From Takakia lepidozioides (lineage: Eukaryota; Plantae; Bryophyta), in assembly GCA_030704615.1 (NCBI GenBank), contig CM060731.1, forward strand, positions 7,254,001 through 7,318,000: a DNA stretch of 64,000 bases. Reading direction: 5' to 3'. Positions 52,991 through 64,000 of the stretch are shown piece by piece. Each line of letters begins with the position of its first letter. Position 1 is the first letter of the stretch. Under the pieces are notes generated by a model. The model searched no databases, was not told the origin of the DNA, and worked only from the letters and a program-made list of their open reading frames with translations. Both the position numbers and the translations under genes were made by a program.

Positions 52991-53481
52991 ATGCCTGTCA
53001 AATTACCACATGTCCTTTTGAACACTGCCCCTGCCCTGGTGGACATGTACGCCAATTGTGGGTGCATTGAGGATGCAAAGGGAGTGTTCAACACTGTGGC
53101 TGAACGAGATGTGGTGTTGTGGAGTGCGATGCTTGCTGGGTATGCACAGCTGGGGTGCGGGATGGAGGCTCCAACCTTTGAGAAAATGAGGGGGAAGGGG
53201 TGAAGGCCGCCGACATAACGTTTGTGTGCGTTTGCAGTGCGTCTGCAGCCCTGGAAAAGGGCAAAGAGATCCCTGGTGACATCATCAAATCTGCAATTGT
53301 ACCAGATGTCATCCTGAACATGGCTCTGGTGGCCATGTATGCTAAATGTGGGAGCATTGAGGATGCCAAGGGAGTGTTCAACACTATGGCTGAACTAGAT
53401 GTGGTGTCGTGGAATGCGATGCTTGAAGGGTGTGCAGAGCAGGAGCGCGGGATGGGGCTTTGGACACCTGAAAGCAAATGA
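52991..53481 (+). pseudogene. Captured PLS-class PPR gene fragment
   Basis: ALVDMYANCGCIEDAKGVFN, DVVLWSAMLAGYAQ, ITFVCV, ALVAMYAKCGSIEDA, DVVSWNAML; frameshifted, no E/DYW end. Confidence 0.88.
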
Positions 53482-56400
53482 TGGAGAAAAGGATGAAGGT
53501 ACCTTCTTCAACATATTTCATCCTGTTTTCCCTGCTAGTGTTTGCTTTGACAATTCTAGGCTGTCATTGTCAGCTGCTAGCAGCAAGGCGAGGATGTATG
53601 CATGATTTGTGCAGAGGCATGGATAGCTGAAGGAGCAGGGATTTTGTGTGGGTCCAGATTCATCCAAGAAGGCCAGATTTCAAGCACAAGATTACCTGTG
53701 ATTCCCTGTGGATCAATAGCTACAAGAAACCTGCATGGGTAGATGGTCAACTGGGAGCAGCGGCACAAGTGATAAAATCAGGCACTGCTAATGAAGGCAT
53801 CTTCTTCAACACATTTCACCCTGTTTTTCCCTCTTATCAGAATCGGCCCTAAATTTACATGTTCAATTCTGCAAGTTAGCTGGTTGAGTGAATCTAGTTT
53901 GGAGTGACTTTGACATGATACTGCCAATGTGACAACAGGAAAGTGTCAAAAAATAGGTAACAGAGATGAGGAGAAGCTGTGGAATGAATACTTATCTGAG
54001 CCCAGTCACTGATGGGTCAACCGGGGCAGAAAGGTGAATGCCTGCTACATTTCAGAGAGTAGCAGACGCAATTCAGCATAGGAACTAGTGTGCTACGCTG
54101 AGTTGGGTGTTTCCTAGAACAAATGTAGGCTGTCATTGTCAGCTGCTAGCAGCAAGGCAAGGATGAATGCTTGATTTGTGCAGAGGCATGGATAGCTGAA
54201 GGAATAGAGATAGAGTGTGGGTGACGCAGGGTGCTGGGCAATGGGCAAGATGTCTTTGTATAAACGTGAGTGACCTTCCTATCATCCTGGGTTTCATTTT
54301 TAGTGCATGTTTCTTTGTGAAGTATCTGACGACTTCGCCAATACACACCAACCTTTTTGCTTTGGTTTGTTTAGGACATGGGATAGAAGTTACCATAAAC
54401 AACACTGGCATTGGTTTTTCATATATGGTATTAGATAATTCTCTTAATTGTTTCCGCCTTGGCAGGTTGCTCAGTGACCTTCCCTGGACGCTTTGGAGTA
54501 TAGCGAGTGAGTGTCTCACAATGCAATATTGGTTGGTGCATCTTATGCAAGAACTTGGAAAACAAACAAATGTCCTTGCTGTAGTAATTCTTAAAGCCAT
54601 GCAAGCCGTTTTTGATGGGTTGCAGATTGATGGAATACATGAGTAGTTAGAAGATTTTGGGTGAACACTTTTCAAAGTGTTATAGTTAGACAAAATAATT
54701 CACATGAGAACATGCGACTATTTAATGTATTTTTAGATCGCAACAAAAATGATAATGATAAATAGATTGGTAAATAGAGATGGTATGCAATCTCTTGGTT
54801 TTGCTCAGCTTGTTGCAGTTATGTCTTGCTGCCTTGTTCTCTTTGTATTATATATTATATTTCATTGTTGTAATAGACATGTACATGACTGCTATCATAG
54901 TCATAATAATGACTACATCTATTTTCACTCTCCAATAGTACTACACCACGTGGCAGAAATACAAATATGTAAAAAAATAGCAATACACCCCAAAAAAACA
55001 CCCATCATGACACATGTCAATCTGCTGATGGACCACGTGTAAAAACTGCAACGCGCCACGTGTTGCAACCGGATTAGCACACCTGTACTCATAGTTCGCA
55101 GTCATGGAGAGCTAAACACTCTGCCACGTGTCATTTCCTGCATCGAGCACGTGCCACTCTTGCACAGCCGCTGACATGGACTACACTGTCCGTTCAGTCA
55201 TTCAGTAAAGCCAGCGTGTATGACTACCCCCACAGCTGCTCTGGCGCCACGTGACAGCCAGCCTAGAGAGTCATATCTGCCATGTCACAACTGACTAGGT
55301 CTTTACGTCTGCAGAGTCAGAAAGTCGTAAATGGCTTCCATGACTGCATTTGCAGTCATAACACAGAGACGTAAAAGCCGCAATTTGTTGTAGTGAAAGC
55401 CTGCCTCCTCCAGTATTTCAATCTCCTGAAATCTGAGATGTGTTCCCACCTTCACGGGCCAAACGGTTGGAGGAGATGGCTTCATCACTACGGAAGGATG
55501 GACAGTTCCATGCACACATCTGGCACAATCATCCGCGCAGAACCAGAACTTGTGGTTCTTGGCTTCTGGTTGACCGTATGGACACATCAAACCCGTGAAA
55601 GTCGAAGCAGGAGTTCGGGCACCACCTCTGGATATAGATGAAGTGCACTTCTCGAAATTAGTTGCCCTGATCGCTGTACATTTCACACGAGACCCTACAC
55701 TTGTACGTTCTATGTGCCAAACGTGGTCGGGGCATGCAGACTCAAGCACATCAAGGGGGTTGTTTCTCTCCTGCACCATTTCAGTGGCACTGTTTGATGC
55801 TGGAGCTTGCCGTCGTGTTGGAGGTTCCTCCACAATGGAGGTTCCGGACATGGAGCTGTCATGCAGGGGAACACAAGGCTTCGAGAAGTTATCACGGTCA
55901 GCCTTGTGCGAATCGGAATCCGAACCAGGTGGAGTGTTCAATTTCCTCTTACAGGAGCCGAATCTCTCATCCCCTTCAAGATGTGGAACTCTAGAAACAA
56001 GTGGCGTTCCCTGGGCATACATGCTCACCGCCCGTGCTATCTTGATTGGATCCCCAAATCTGTTTGCAGCACGCAACATCAACTCCCATTTGTCCGGACC
56101 CTTGCCACCAACCCCACCTCGCAAGAAATCACGGTATCGGGTTTGTTGTTGCAAGGCACATATCAAATCATCTGTTGTTGCCACATACAAATCCCGACCT
56201 CGTTTCCCAGACTGCTGCAACTATGCGTTGTGCACAGTTTCTGCCAAATTGTAAGATGGCATGTCCGCCATTTCCTCAATGGACATGTTCTGCAAAGTGG
56301 AGAACCACACTTCAAAACAGTGAACAGAAAACAACATAAAGAAAGCGATGACACAATAAAATGGAAAGTAAATGTATGAATAAAGCAAGAAATATAAGCC

Positions 56401-59400
56401 TCGTACCACTGGCATGGCTGCCCCCCACTGTCTATACCAGAAGTGCCAAAACGCCAGCCAATCTTCCAATGCTCTCATACTCTCAAGTGATGCAGCTCCA
56501 GAAGAGAACCACCAGGCACGAATTGTCTGGAACAAAGTGTCCGCCTCCTTCATTGTTCTAGCATCTTTGTACTTTTTGCACAATTTACGGTGCTGAGTCT
56601 AGATCTCTGGTTTGTATGTTTTTCCAGAGATTGTGTCCAATGGAATAGACATGTACGCTCTCTTCCTCGCATTGGCACTTTTGGGTCGCCCGATCCGAAG
56701 ACAATACGAACAGCATTGAAATTTGCTTGAGCACTATCCGCCATGAAACCTGCGAAATTTGGAGATGGCAGCCCATGGCAGCCCATGACACGTATCAGGG
56801 AATTCCACATGAGCTTCTGGGATTCCGTATCCTCGGATTGCATGTCAAAAACTGCAATTGTCATAACTCGTTGGTACACTGGATCGTAGACATGACAAGC
56901 CATTGTCGTCCAATCCTTCACTCGTTTCACATGATCAAACATAAGAAAACAGTTATGCAAGTCCCCAATCTTCTGCATCCGCTTCACGAGGCTAACCCCA
57001 CTGCCCTCCCCAACAGTCGACATTTTGAAAAGAAAAACTTTGATGGCACCTTGACCTGCGAATACATTGTCCTGGATGTAATCGTACTTGCTCACTCGTT
57101 TCAACTCCAAAATGTTGTCTATGTAGCCTCTGATACCAGAGCCCATTCTTAATGCATTGATCTGATGCCGAATGTTAGGTGAACTCAAAGTGGAGAAATG
57201 ATCCATGACCAGGTCCAATGCTGCACCGTCAAGTTTAGTCCCCACAGAATCCCCTTCACTCAAAATATGGCTTTCCAAGAAGGACTTGCTTGTGCCAAGA
57301 GCAATTGCAGATGTTGTTGCGGATAGGTTTCTCCCGAACTCCTGTTTAATCAACCTCGATATTGTCTCAACACTCTCCCTGTAATCCCCCTTCGAGACAG
57401 GATGGTTATGGAATCCGAAATGCACACAAGCTCTTGTCATTGTTTTCAAACGGTGGACAACATAGTACATTCTTGCTCCGCAGAGCGCCAAGCAGGATGG
57501 CACAAGTTTGCAGAATTTGCAGACGAAAGTGTTTGCCGGTGGTGGGGCAGTCCCAGGCTGAAATGGATTTTCCGCCTAACCCTCCCATTCGCTTTGATTC
57601 TGAACCCCAGACTGAAGAAAGTGTCTGCAATTCAAATTATCACACCTAAGGTGTCCATTGCAAACTGTTCTCCTGAAAACAAGCTTGTCATCATTTTGAA
57701 TATTGGATGTTTTTGTTCTGCACCACGGGTGCCCGTCGTGTTTCTTGTCCATTCCATGCATCATGATTGTTACACCTCCAACTCGCGGAGGAGGAGGCAG
57801 CTCGAATAGGATATCGCCATCAAAAGTCTCTGGCAAGAACTTCACAGGCACATGCTTCAAAGATTCCCAATCAATTCCTCGCAACTCACTTTTGAATCCA
57901 GCCATTCCTCCCATCGCCCGTAATTTTGGAATGACACTATAAATCTCTTCTTCATCAGCTTCTCCAACCACAGTAGGAAGGACTGGATTTGGAATTTCAC
58001 TTATGTCATCATCGGACGAATCCGAAAGCTCAACGATTGGAGTGGAGGACGTCTGTTCTTTTTTCACCACCACCTCCCTCTTGTCTTCAACGACCGAAGC
58101 AGCAGTCCCGGGCGTCACATATGACCCAAGGGACTTTCGCCGAGGCTCTCCAAGTACTCTGTATCGACCAAGGCGCACTCTCCATTGGCTGACATGAGCC
58201 GTCTCATCACGGTTTTGGAAAGAGTATTTCAACAACTTCCCTTTCAAATCGTACACCTCTTTCTCCAAAAAGATGGAGCCATTCTGAAGCTGAAAACGGG
58301 TAGCCAAGACATGTTCCAGAACAATTGCAAATCCATTGTCAAGGACTTCCTGGGAGAACGGCAGTGGTTTGTCATCAGAGAAGAACTCCGTCTCAGAGGA
58401 AGCCATCTTCCTTCCTCGCGTATGTCAAGTTATTTTACCACTAGTGTGAAACTAGCTAGGAAATAGCTAGCTTTTACATATTGACATTTGGGATTGGCCC
58501 AAGTGTCAATCCAGGGGTCAAGGCAGATTTAGGCCCTGGAGTGGTTATCTTCACGGCAAGCGCGGGAGGCTCATCTTTCTCGAGTTGAGCCTCACCGCGC
58601 CTAACTATGGCGCCGTAGTGTGGATTCCCCATGGCGTGGGGTGCACTTAGCTTGACTTGTATTTGAGTGATGAGGTTATATATGCATGAGTTTATGCTTC
58701 AGATTTGTGAGCTCGTGCTTGTATTCTTCCTCGTTATCACTCGAGAAAGATCAGCTCGAGTCTTTGAGTGCCAGGTTCGAGTTGTTTTGTAGCACTTGTG
58801 TTTTCATGAGAAGCGGTTCAGCCTAGAGTGCAGGGATCCGTGCATGAGCCTATCCAAAGTGGATAGAGTGCAAAGGCGACCAGGTTGCAGGTTTGCAATG
58901 GATAGAGAGGCGGGTAGCCTATGTTGAAGAGCGGCGTTGCATAGCTCAACGCTATGGCAACCAAGTTTGGGCTTCTAGTGTGAAGCGGGGGAGATGCTGG
59001 TCTCGAGTGGGTGAACTGGTGGTCGTCTTCTTCAGCTGCAAGCCAAGTTAAGGAGCTGCAGCAATGTGGAGCTGCGAGGGTGTTAGATGTAAGTCACAGT
59101 TATCGGGAGCTCCAACCTCAAGCTCATAAGGAGGTATGAGTGAAGAGAGATGGCTGATTTCTCTTGTATGCAAGCCAATGCATTTGTGGCTATATTGAGT
59201 TGGGGGTTTCAATCTGAAACTCCAGCGGTATGAGGGCTCTTGTCATGGCAAGAGCAGGGCTGGAATAGGAGCTAAGAGGTGCGGCAAGGCCATGGAATGT
59301 GCACCTAGGGTTTCAGAGCTTGGAAGAAAAGTTCTTGCACCACAAGAGGAGTGTCTTGTGGCTGGAAATGTAAGCCTTAGGGTTTCAGGAGCTTGGCAAG

Positions 59401-59462
59401 GGTTGTGGAGTGCTTAGTCTTGTCTTAGAGAGCATCAAGGAGCCAAGGAGCCAAGATAGGGG

Positions 59463-59830
59463 GCTGATATCTCTTGTGTGAAGAGGTTGCATGTGTGGAG
59501 CATGTATTCAGCTCATTGAAGCTTCCATCTTCAAGCTTGGAGGGCAAGCAAGGAAGAGGGAAGGGCTGACTTCCCTTATGTGAGGGCAATGCATGTGTGG
59601 AGCATGCTATCAGCCTGGTGAAGGCTTGCACTTTCAGGTGTGGGAGTGCAAGAAAGGAAGGAAGGGGCTGGTTTCCCTGTAGGGCATGTGGAGCATGTTT
59701 TCAGCCTGCTGAAGCTTGTATTTTCAGGTTTGTGGGTGCAAGAAATGAAGCAAAGGAGCTGATTCTCTTATGGTGAGAGTGGGACATGTGTGGAGCATGC
59801 CTTCAGCCCATTGAGGCTCTTGTTTTCAAG
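59463..59830 (+). repeat. Four degenerate ~100-bp tandem repeats in the Gypsy leader
   Basis: Units start GCTG at about 59463, 59566, 59667, 59758 and share CATG(TG)TGGAGCATG..TCAGC..TGA.G. Confidence 0.75.
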
Positions 59831-61030
59831 CTTTAGAGAGCTAGAACGGAAGGTCTAGGGCTAGTTTCCACTTGGAGTGAAAGAAAAGCACTTGTAGGGC
59901 CTATGTGAGTTGGGGTTTCAACTTCAAGCTTGAAGGGAGCGCAACTCTTGAAGCAGCAGGTGTAGGGGGCTGGAATAGGCTCTAAGACAGATGTTATGGC
60001 CAAGGAGAGTGCGACGCCGGGGGTAAGACCAGCTGAGGTGTTCAGGCTGGCAGCTACACTCTGTGAGAGTGGGGAGGTTACTTCATCTTCTGCGGAGATA
60101 GTGGGAGGTGTAGTGCCGGAGGGATCCTCGGATTTGAGGGTCAAGACTGCCACGGCGGCGCCAAGGCAAGCTGCAGCTGCCAGGTTGATGGAGCTGCCAG
60201 CTAGGCCAGCCATTGAGCGCGCCATGGTGACACCTGGAGTCGTCATGTTAGACAACCAGGATGACATTTTCTGTTTGAGTGGACCGGCATGCAAGAGGTA
60301 CCAGCCACTACGGGTCTTGTTGGACTCGGAAGCTCAGCCATTGATGCTGGGCAGAGTTGCTATTGCAGGCTTGGGCCTCAGGGAGGCGGATATGGAGCCT
60401 TGTCCTTTCCAGATACAGACGTCTCTGGGAGGATCGGAGCAGGCTCGGGGCATGACACAGCGTGAGTTGGCTATCAAACTACGGCCGGATCACCCTACAG
60501 ATGGCTCAGTGATGTGAGCCAAGGCCATTGTGACAGACGCGGTCTCATATGATGTCCTGGTTGGTGGGGCAGTGTTGTACCCCATGGGCTTCACCCTGGA
60601 TTTTTGGGAGGAGTCAGCCTCTTATAGGCCTGCATGGCAGTCAGGGGAGGGCCGGCGTGTGCAGCTCCCTATGACTTTCATAGGAGGAGTTGCGGTTGCC
60701 CATCGAGGCAAGATGCCGACACTAGCAGCATTCACAGCGGCAGTGAGTTGGCCTAGAGAGTTGCTTGAGGGCAACGCTCATTCAGAGGATGTGCCACCTC
60801 CGGGAGAGCAGGATGACATGTATGGTATGGCGGAGTTGCCTACCATGGTTGCTCAGACTCCATTGTGGGGCACGAGCAAGGATTTGCAGCGGGATGCTGA
60901 TCAACGGGTGCAACAAGCCTGGGTGGAGGCTTTTGTACCGTCAGGAGAGGAGGAGAGTGCGGGGATTGCACCAGGACCACCTCAGTTGTCTCCATTGGAC
61001 ACCACACCTATTGTGTGGCAGTATCCGGAT

Positions 61031-61990
61031 GAAGGCATTTGTCTTCTCGACTTGTTTGGCGGGATCAGCACTGGATTGGCTGCTGTGTTACAGGCAGGTG
61101 TACGAGTTCGGCGTTACCTGTATGTGGAGAGGGATGAGACTGCACGACATGTTTCACTTCGCCATGTTGCTCAGTTGGTGCAGCGGTACCCTGAGTTGTT
61201 GTCGGTGTCTGCAATTCGTGGATATCAGCAGGCCTTGCCAGCAGACATTTTGTTGCTGGGGGCGCAGGATTTGGAGCGGGTTGGCTTCATTGATCTGATA
61301 GTGGCAGGTTGGCCCTGCCAAGGGCATTCATCAGCCGGGCATGGCAATGGATTGCGAGACTCGAGGTCGGGTCTGTTTTGGGAGATGGTGCGGGTTTTGC
61401 GCCACTTACAGCTTCATCAAGCTGTATCTCCAGCATACATCTTGGAGAATGTGCCACTGATGGGCGATTCTCAGGCCAGGGTGATGGCCAGTGTGCATCA
61501 AGTCCAGTCGTGGCTTGGATCAGCAGTATTGCTAGATGCAGCTACAGTGGGGTCACGGGATCATCGTCCACGGCTATGGTGGACTAACTTGATGCCACCC
61601 GCACTGCTCAAGCGTGCATTTGATGGGGTGCAGCGGCCAGCACATCTCAGAGTGGATAGCATTCTGGACACAGGGAGGCAGTCTCAGCGTGTGAGACACG
61701 ATGACCGTTCGCCTTTGGCAGTGATCAACAAGGTGGGTGAACCACGAGCAGCATTACCTACACTGCTCAGCTTCCCAGGATCGCATGCTTTCCGGGATAG
61801 TGGACCTGGCCTCCTGTGGGATGCTCGGTTGCAGTAGTTAGTGGAGCCTAATGTTGACAAGCGTGAGCGGGCAATGGGTTTTACCACTGGTACCATGGCG
61901 GTGTCGTTTCTTTATGAGGCATCACGTCGTTAAGTGTTGGGGCAAGCAATGGATCTCAATTGCTTGACCTGGATTATCAGCTTGGCTCTA
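61031..61990 (+). pseudogene. DNMT3-like C5-cytosine DNA methyltransferase domain within Gypsy pol
   Basis: Motif I LDLFGGIS (from 61046), II VERD, IV GWPCQ (Cys at 61316), VI LENV (Glu at 61445), VIII HRPRLWW (from 61562), IX RERAMGF, X LGQAMD (from 61937); two in-frame stops (61835, 61931). Confidence 0.93.
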
Positions 61991-64000
61991 GCTGAGCAAC
62001 GCAGAGTGCGGAGTATACTTCCCTCGATGGTCTCTCTGCCTACCGAGACGGTACAGGCAGTGAGTGGGGGCGAGCATGTGAGGACCACGGGGTGCATGCA
62101 TCCATGGCACACGTGGGAGGTGCTCGAGGTTCAGAGGGAGTTGGCAGCCAAGGCGGCTGTGATGGATGAGGTTGGGGATTCTTCCCGGGTTGAGGAGGTC
62201 CTCAAGGATGAGATGATGGGGCAGGATGAGGCCTTGTCATTGACTGAGCAGGCAGGGAGTACTGCTCAAGAGGTTGCAACATAGCAACCACTGGACGCGT
62301 CCTCTACCTCTAAGCCCACTGGACTTAAGGTTGCAGTTACGGAGGACAATTAGGAGCCTGACATTGGATCCATTGTCACCGGAGGAGAGAGACGACGTAT
62401 ACGGCGGTTCCTGAGGGCTTACAGGAATTGCTTTGCCTTCAGTTTGAAGGACTTGGGAGCACTGAAGGGTCAAGAGATCCATATTGAGTTGGCCACTGAC
62501 ACGCCAATCTTTCAGAGACCCTATAGATACAGTGACATGGAGAGGTCTTTGATTCAGATGAGGACTCAAGATCTCTGGGAGGCAGGTTTGGTGGAGCTCT
62601 CTGGTGGAGAGTATGCTTCAGCCACAATGATGCCAACCAAGAAGGATGTCTATGGCAATTGGACGGAGAGACGTATGTGCGGTGATTACCGGCCTGTAAA
62701 TCGTCAGACCAAGTCCGATAAGTATGCCATGCCAACACCAGAGGAGATCTTTGATGCCATCGGGCATGCTAAGGCCTTTAGCACTTTGGATTTGCGATCC
62801 GGATATCACCAGTTGCCAATCAAGGAGGCGGACAAGCAGAAGACGACATTCTGGGGGATCAATGAGCACGACAAGGATTGCCTATATCAGTGGCGGTTCT
62901 TACCATTTGGGCTTAAGAATGCTCCTGCAGAGTTTTCAGAGAGTCATGGATAGGATTCTAGCAGGGGTGGACTTTGCTCGGTGCTACATAGATGACATCA
63001 TCATCTTTAGTGTTACGATGGAGGAGCATGAAAGACACCTTCAGGTGGTATTGGAGCGCTTGAGAGCGCACGGATTGAAGTTGCATCCGGGGAAGTGCAA
63101 GTTTTTCCACAACCAGATTGAGTATCTGGGTCACATGATATATCCTGGAGGATTGGGGGTACAGCAGACTAAGGTAGAGGCCATTGCACAAATTCCACGC
63201 CCCACGGATGTGAGCCGAGTTCGAGCTTTCATGGGGTTGGCAAACTATTATAGACGGTTTGTCAAGGGATTTAGCACCATTGCAAAGGCTCTAACCAAGC
63301 TGACCAAGGTGGACCAGGAGTGGCTGTGGGAAGATGAGCAGGAACGAGCTTTTCAAGAGCTCAAGGTGAGGTTGACCTCGGCGCCTATCCTGAGACGACC
63401 TATCAGGGGACGTCCCATTTCAGCTGCATACGGATTGGTGCATGCTAGGGCTTGGAGCGGTGCTCACACAGGTGGATGATGAGGGAAGAGAGTTCGTAGT
63501 GGCTTATGCTAGCCACTCGAACAACACTGCAGAGGCTAAGTACAGCTCATATGAGGGAGAGTGCTTAGCTGCAGTGTGGGCCGTGGCACACTTCAGGTGC
63601 AATCTATACGGCAATCTTTTCACCCTTGTCACGGATCACCAACCACTCAAGTGGTTGATGGATCAGACAAGCTTACGGGGAAGCTTACACGGTGGGCACT
63701 CATACTCCAGAAGTATGACTTTCAGGTTGTGCATTTACCGGGTTTGGTCAATCGGGATGCGGATGGATTGAGTCGCAATCCATGCACGAGCCAACAGGAT
63801 GACACTGGAGCTCGGTGGCATGGTGAGACGGACGAGGAGATGGTGCCGGGATGGCACGCATCTGCATTTTTGTGTATCTTGGCATCGGGAGGTTAGGTTG
63901 GACCTACTACAGGGATGACTGTAGACGGAGTGTCTGAGGACCCTGAGGCTAGTGATGAGCCAGGTGGTGCCAGAGATATACATGAGGATTCGGCTGTGTT

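Larger units (their letters stand above)
50658..55395. mobile_element. Non-autonomous Pack-CACTA element (4738 bp)
   Basis: TIR CACTACAACARATTGCGGCTTTTA at both ends; TSD AAA (50655-50657, 55396-55398); CATGACT/AGTCAT subterminal repeats; cargo of PPR fragments, internal duplications and a SINE; no transposase recognised. Confidence 0.92.
50163..58406 (-). pseudogene. Mutator-like (MULE) transposase gene with N-terminal WRKY/GCM1-like zinc domain and C-terminal SWIM, split by a CACTA insertion
   Basis: DGHPW..CNGHLRCDNLNC..C..HNHP; catalytic MFDHVKR, FMADSAQAN, CLFH (CxxH), NLAETVHN; intron 56406-56290; SWIM CTCPDF..CKH in 50163-50654; removing 50658-55395 plus one TSD copy rejoins EEAGF|SLARQ in frame. 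Confidence 0.85.
58423..64000 (+). mobile_element. Ty3/Gypsy retrotransposon encoding protease - C5 DNA methyltransferase - RT - RNase H (gag apparently deleted; continues past the window)
   Basis: Possible LTR start TG at 58423 (uncertain); repeat-rich leader; protease LLDSEA..YDVLVG; MTase; RT CGDYR, LDLRSGYHQ, PFGLKNAP, YIDD (62985-62996); RNase H TDW..LGAVL, ECLA, TDH, ADGLSR. Confidence 0.92.

Noticed and set aside
54139-54693. Opposing 184-aa and 143-aa ORFs inside the Pack-CACTA
   Set aside because: No recognisable motifs in either; left as unidentified cargo.
55595-56379. Long plus-strand ORFs (219 and 190 aa)
   Set aside because: Antisense shadows of the MULE transposase frame.
58950-58972. 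Primer-binding site TGGCAACCAAGTTTGGG of the MTase-Gypsy
   Set aside because: No clean LTR-terminal CA directly before it, no tRNA match can be verified, and the 3' LTR is outside the window.
60530-61837. Host DNMT3/DRM gene or bacterial restriction-modification contaminant
   Set aside because: It is in frame with retroviral-type protease and RT, has no introns or UBA/PWWP domains, DRM-type motif permutation is absent, and no restriction enzyme is seen.
33425-61990. Functional link between the IDM-like anti-silencing gene and the TE methyltransferase
   Set aside because: They are about 24 kb apart with unrelated TEs between them; nothing beyond thematic coincidence.

Overview
Land-plant nuclear DNA, probably from a non-seed plant such as a bryophyte (inferred from gene content and TE types, not proven). 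There are three intact host genes: a 12-exon protein phosphatase 5 (minus, 308-5923, with a candidate alternative membrane-anchor exon), an intronless methionine gamma-lyase (minus, 23767-25041) and a 5-exon IDM2/IDM3-like alpha-crystallin-domain gene (plus, 33425-37169). The rest is largely nested transposons: foldback/MITE and non-autonomous CACTA elements, a hAT relic carrying an RNase T2 exon, tRNA-derived SINEs, LINE, Copia and Gypsy fragments, and a Mutator-like transposase split by a 4.7-kb Pack-CACTA carrying PPR fragments. The standout is a Ty3/Gypsy retrotransposon at the right end (about 58.4 kb to window end). Its pol reading frame carries a C5-cytosine DNA methyltransferase domain (motifs I, II, IV, VI, VIII, IX, X recognisable) in frame between the protease and reverse transcriptase. 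A second, inverted fragment of the same family lies at about 45.1-45.7 kb. All family assignments come from motif recognition by eye; no database search was run.
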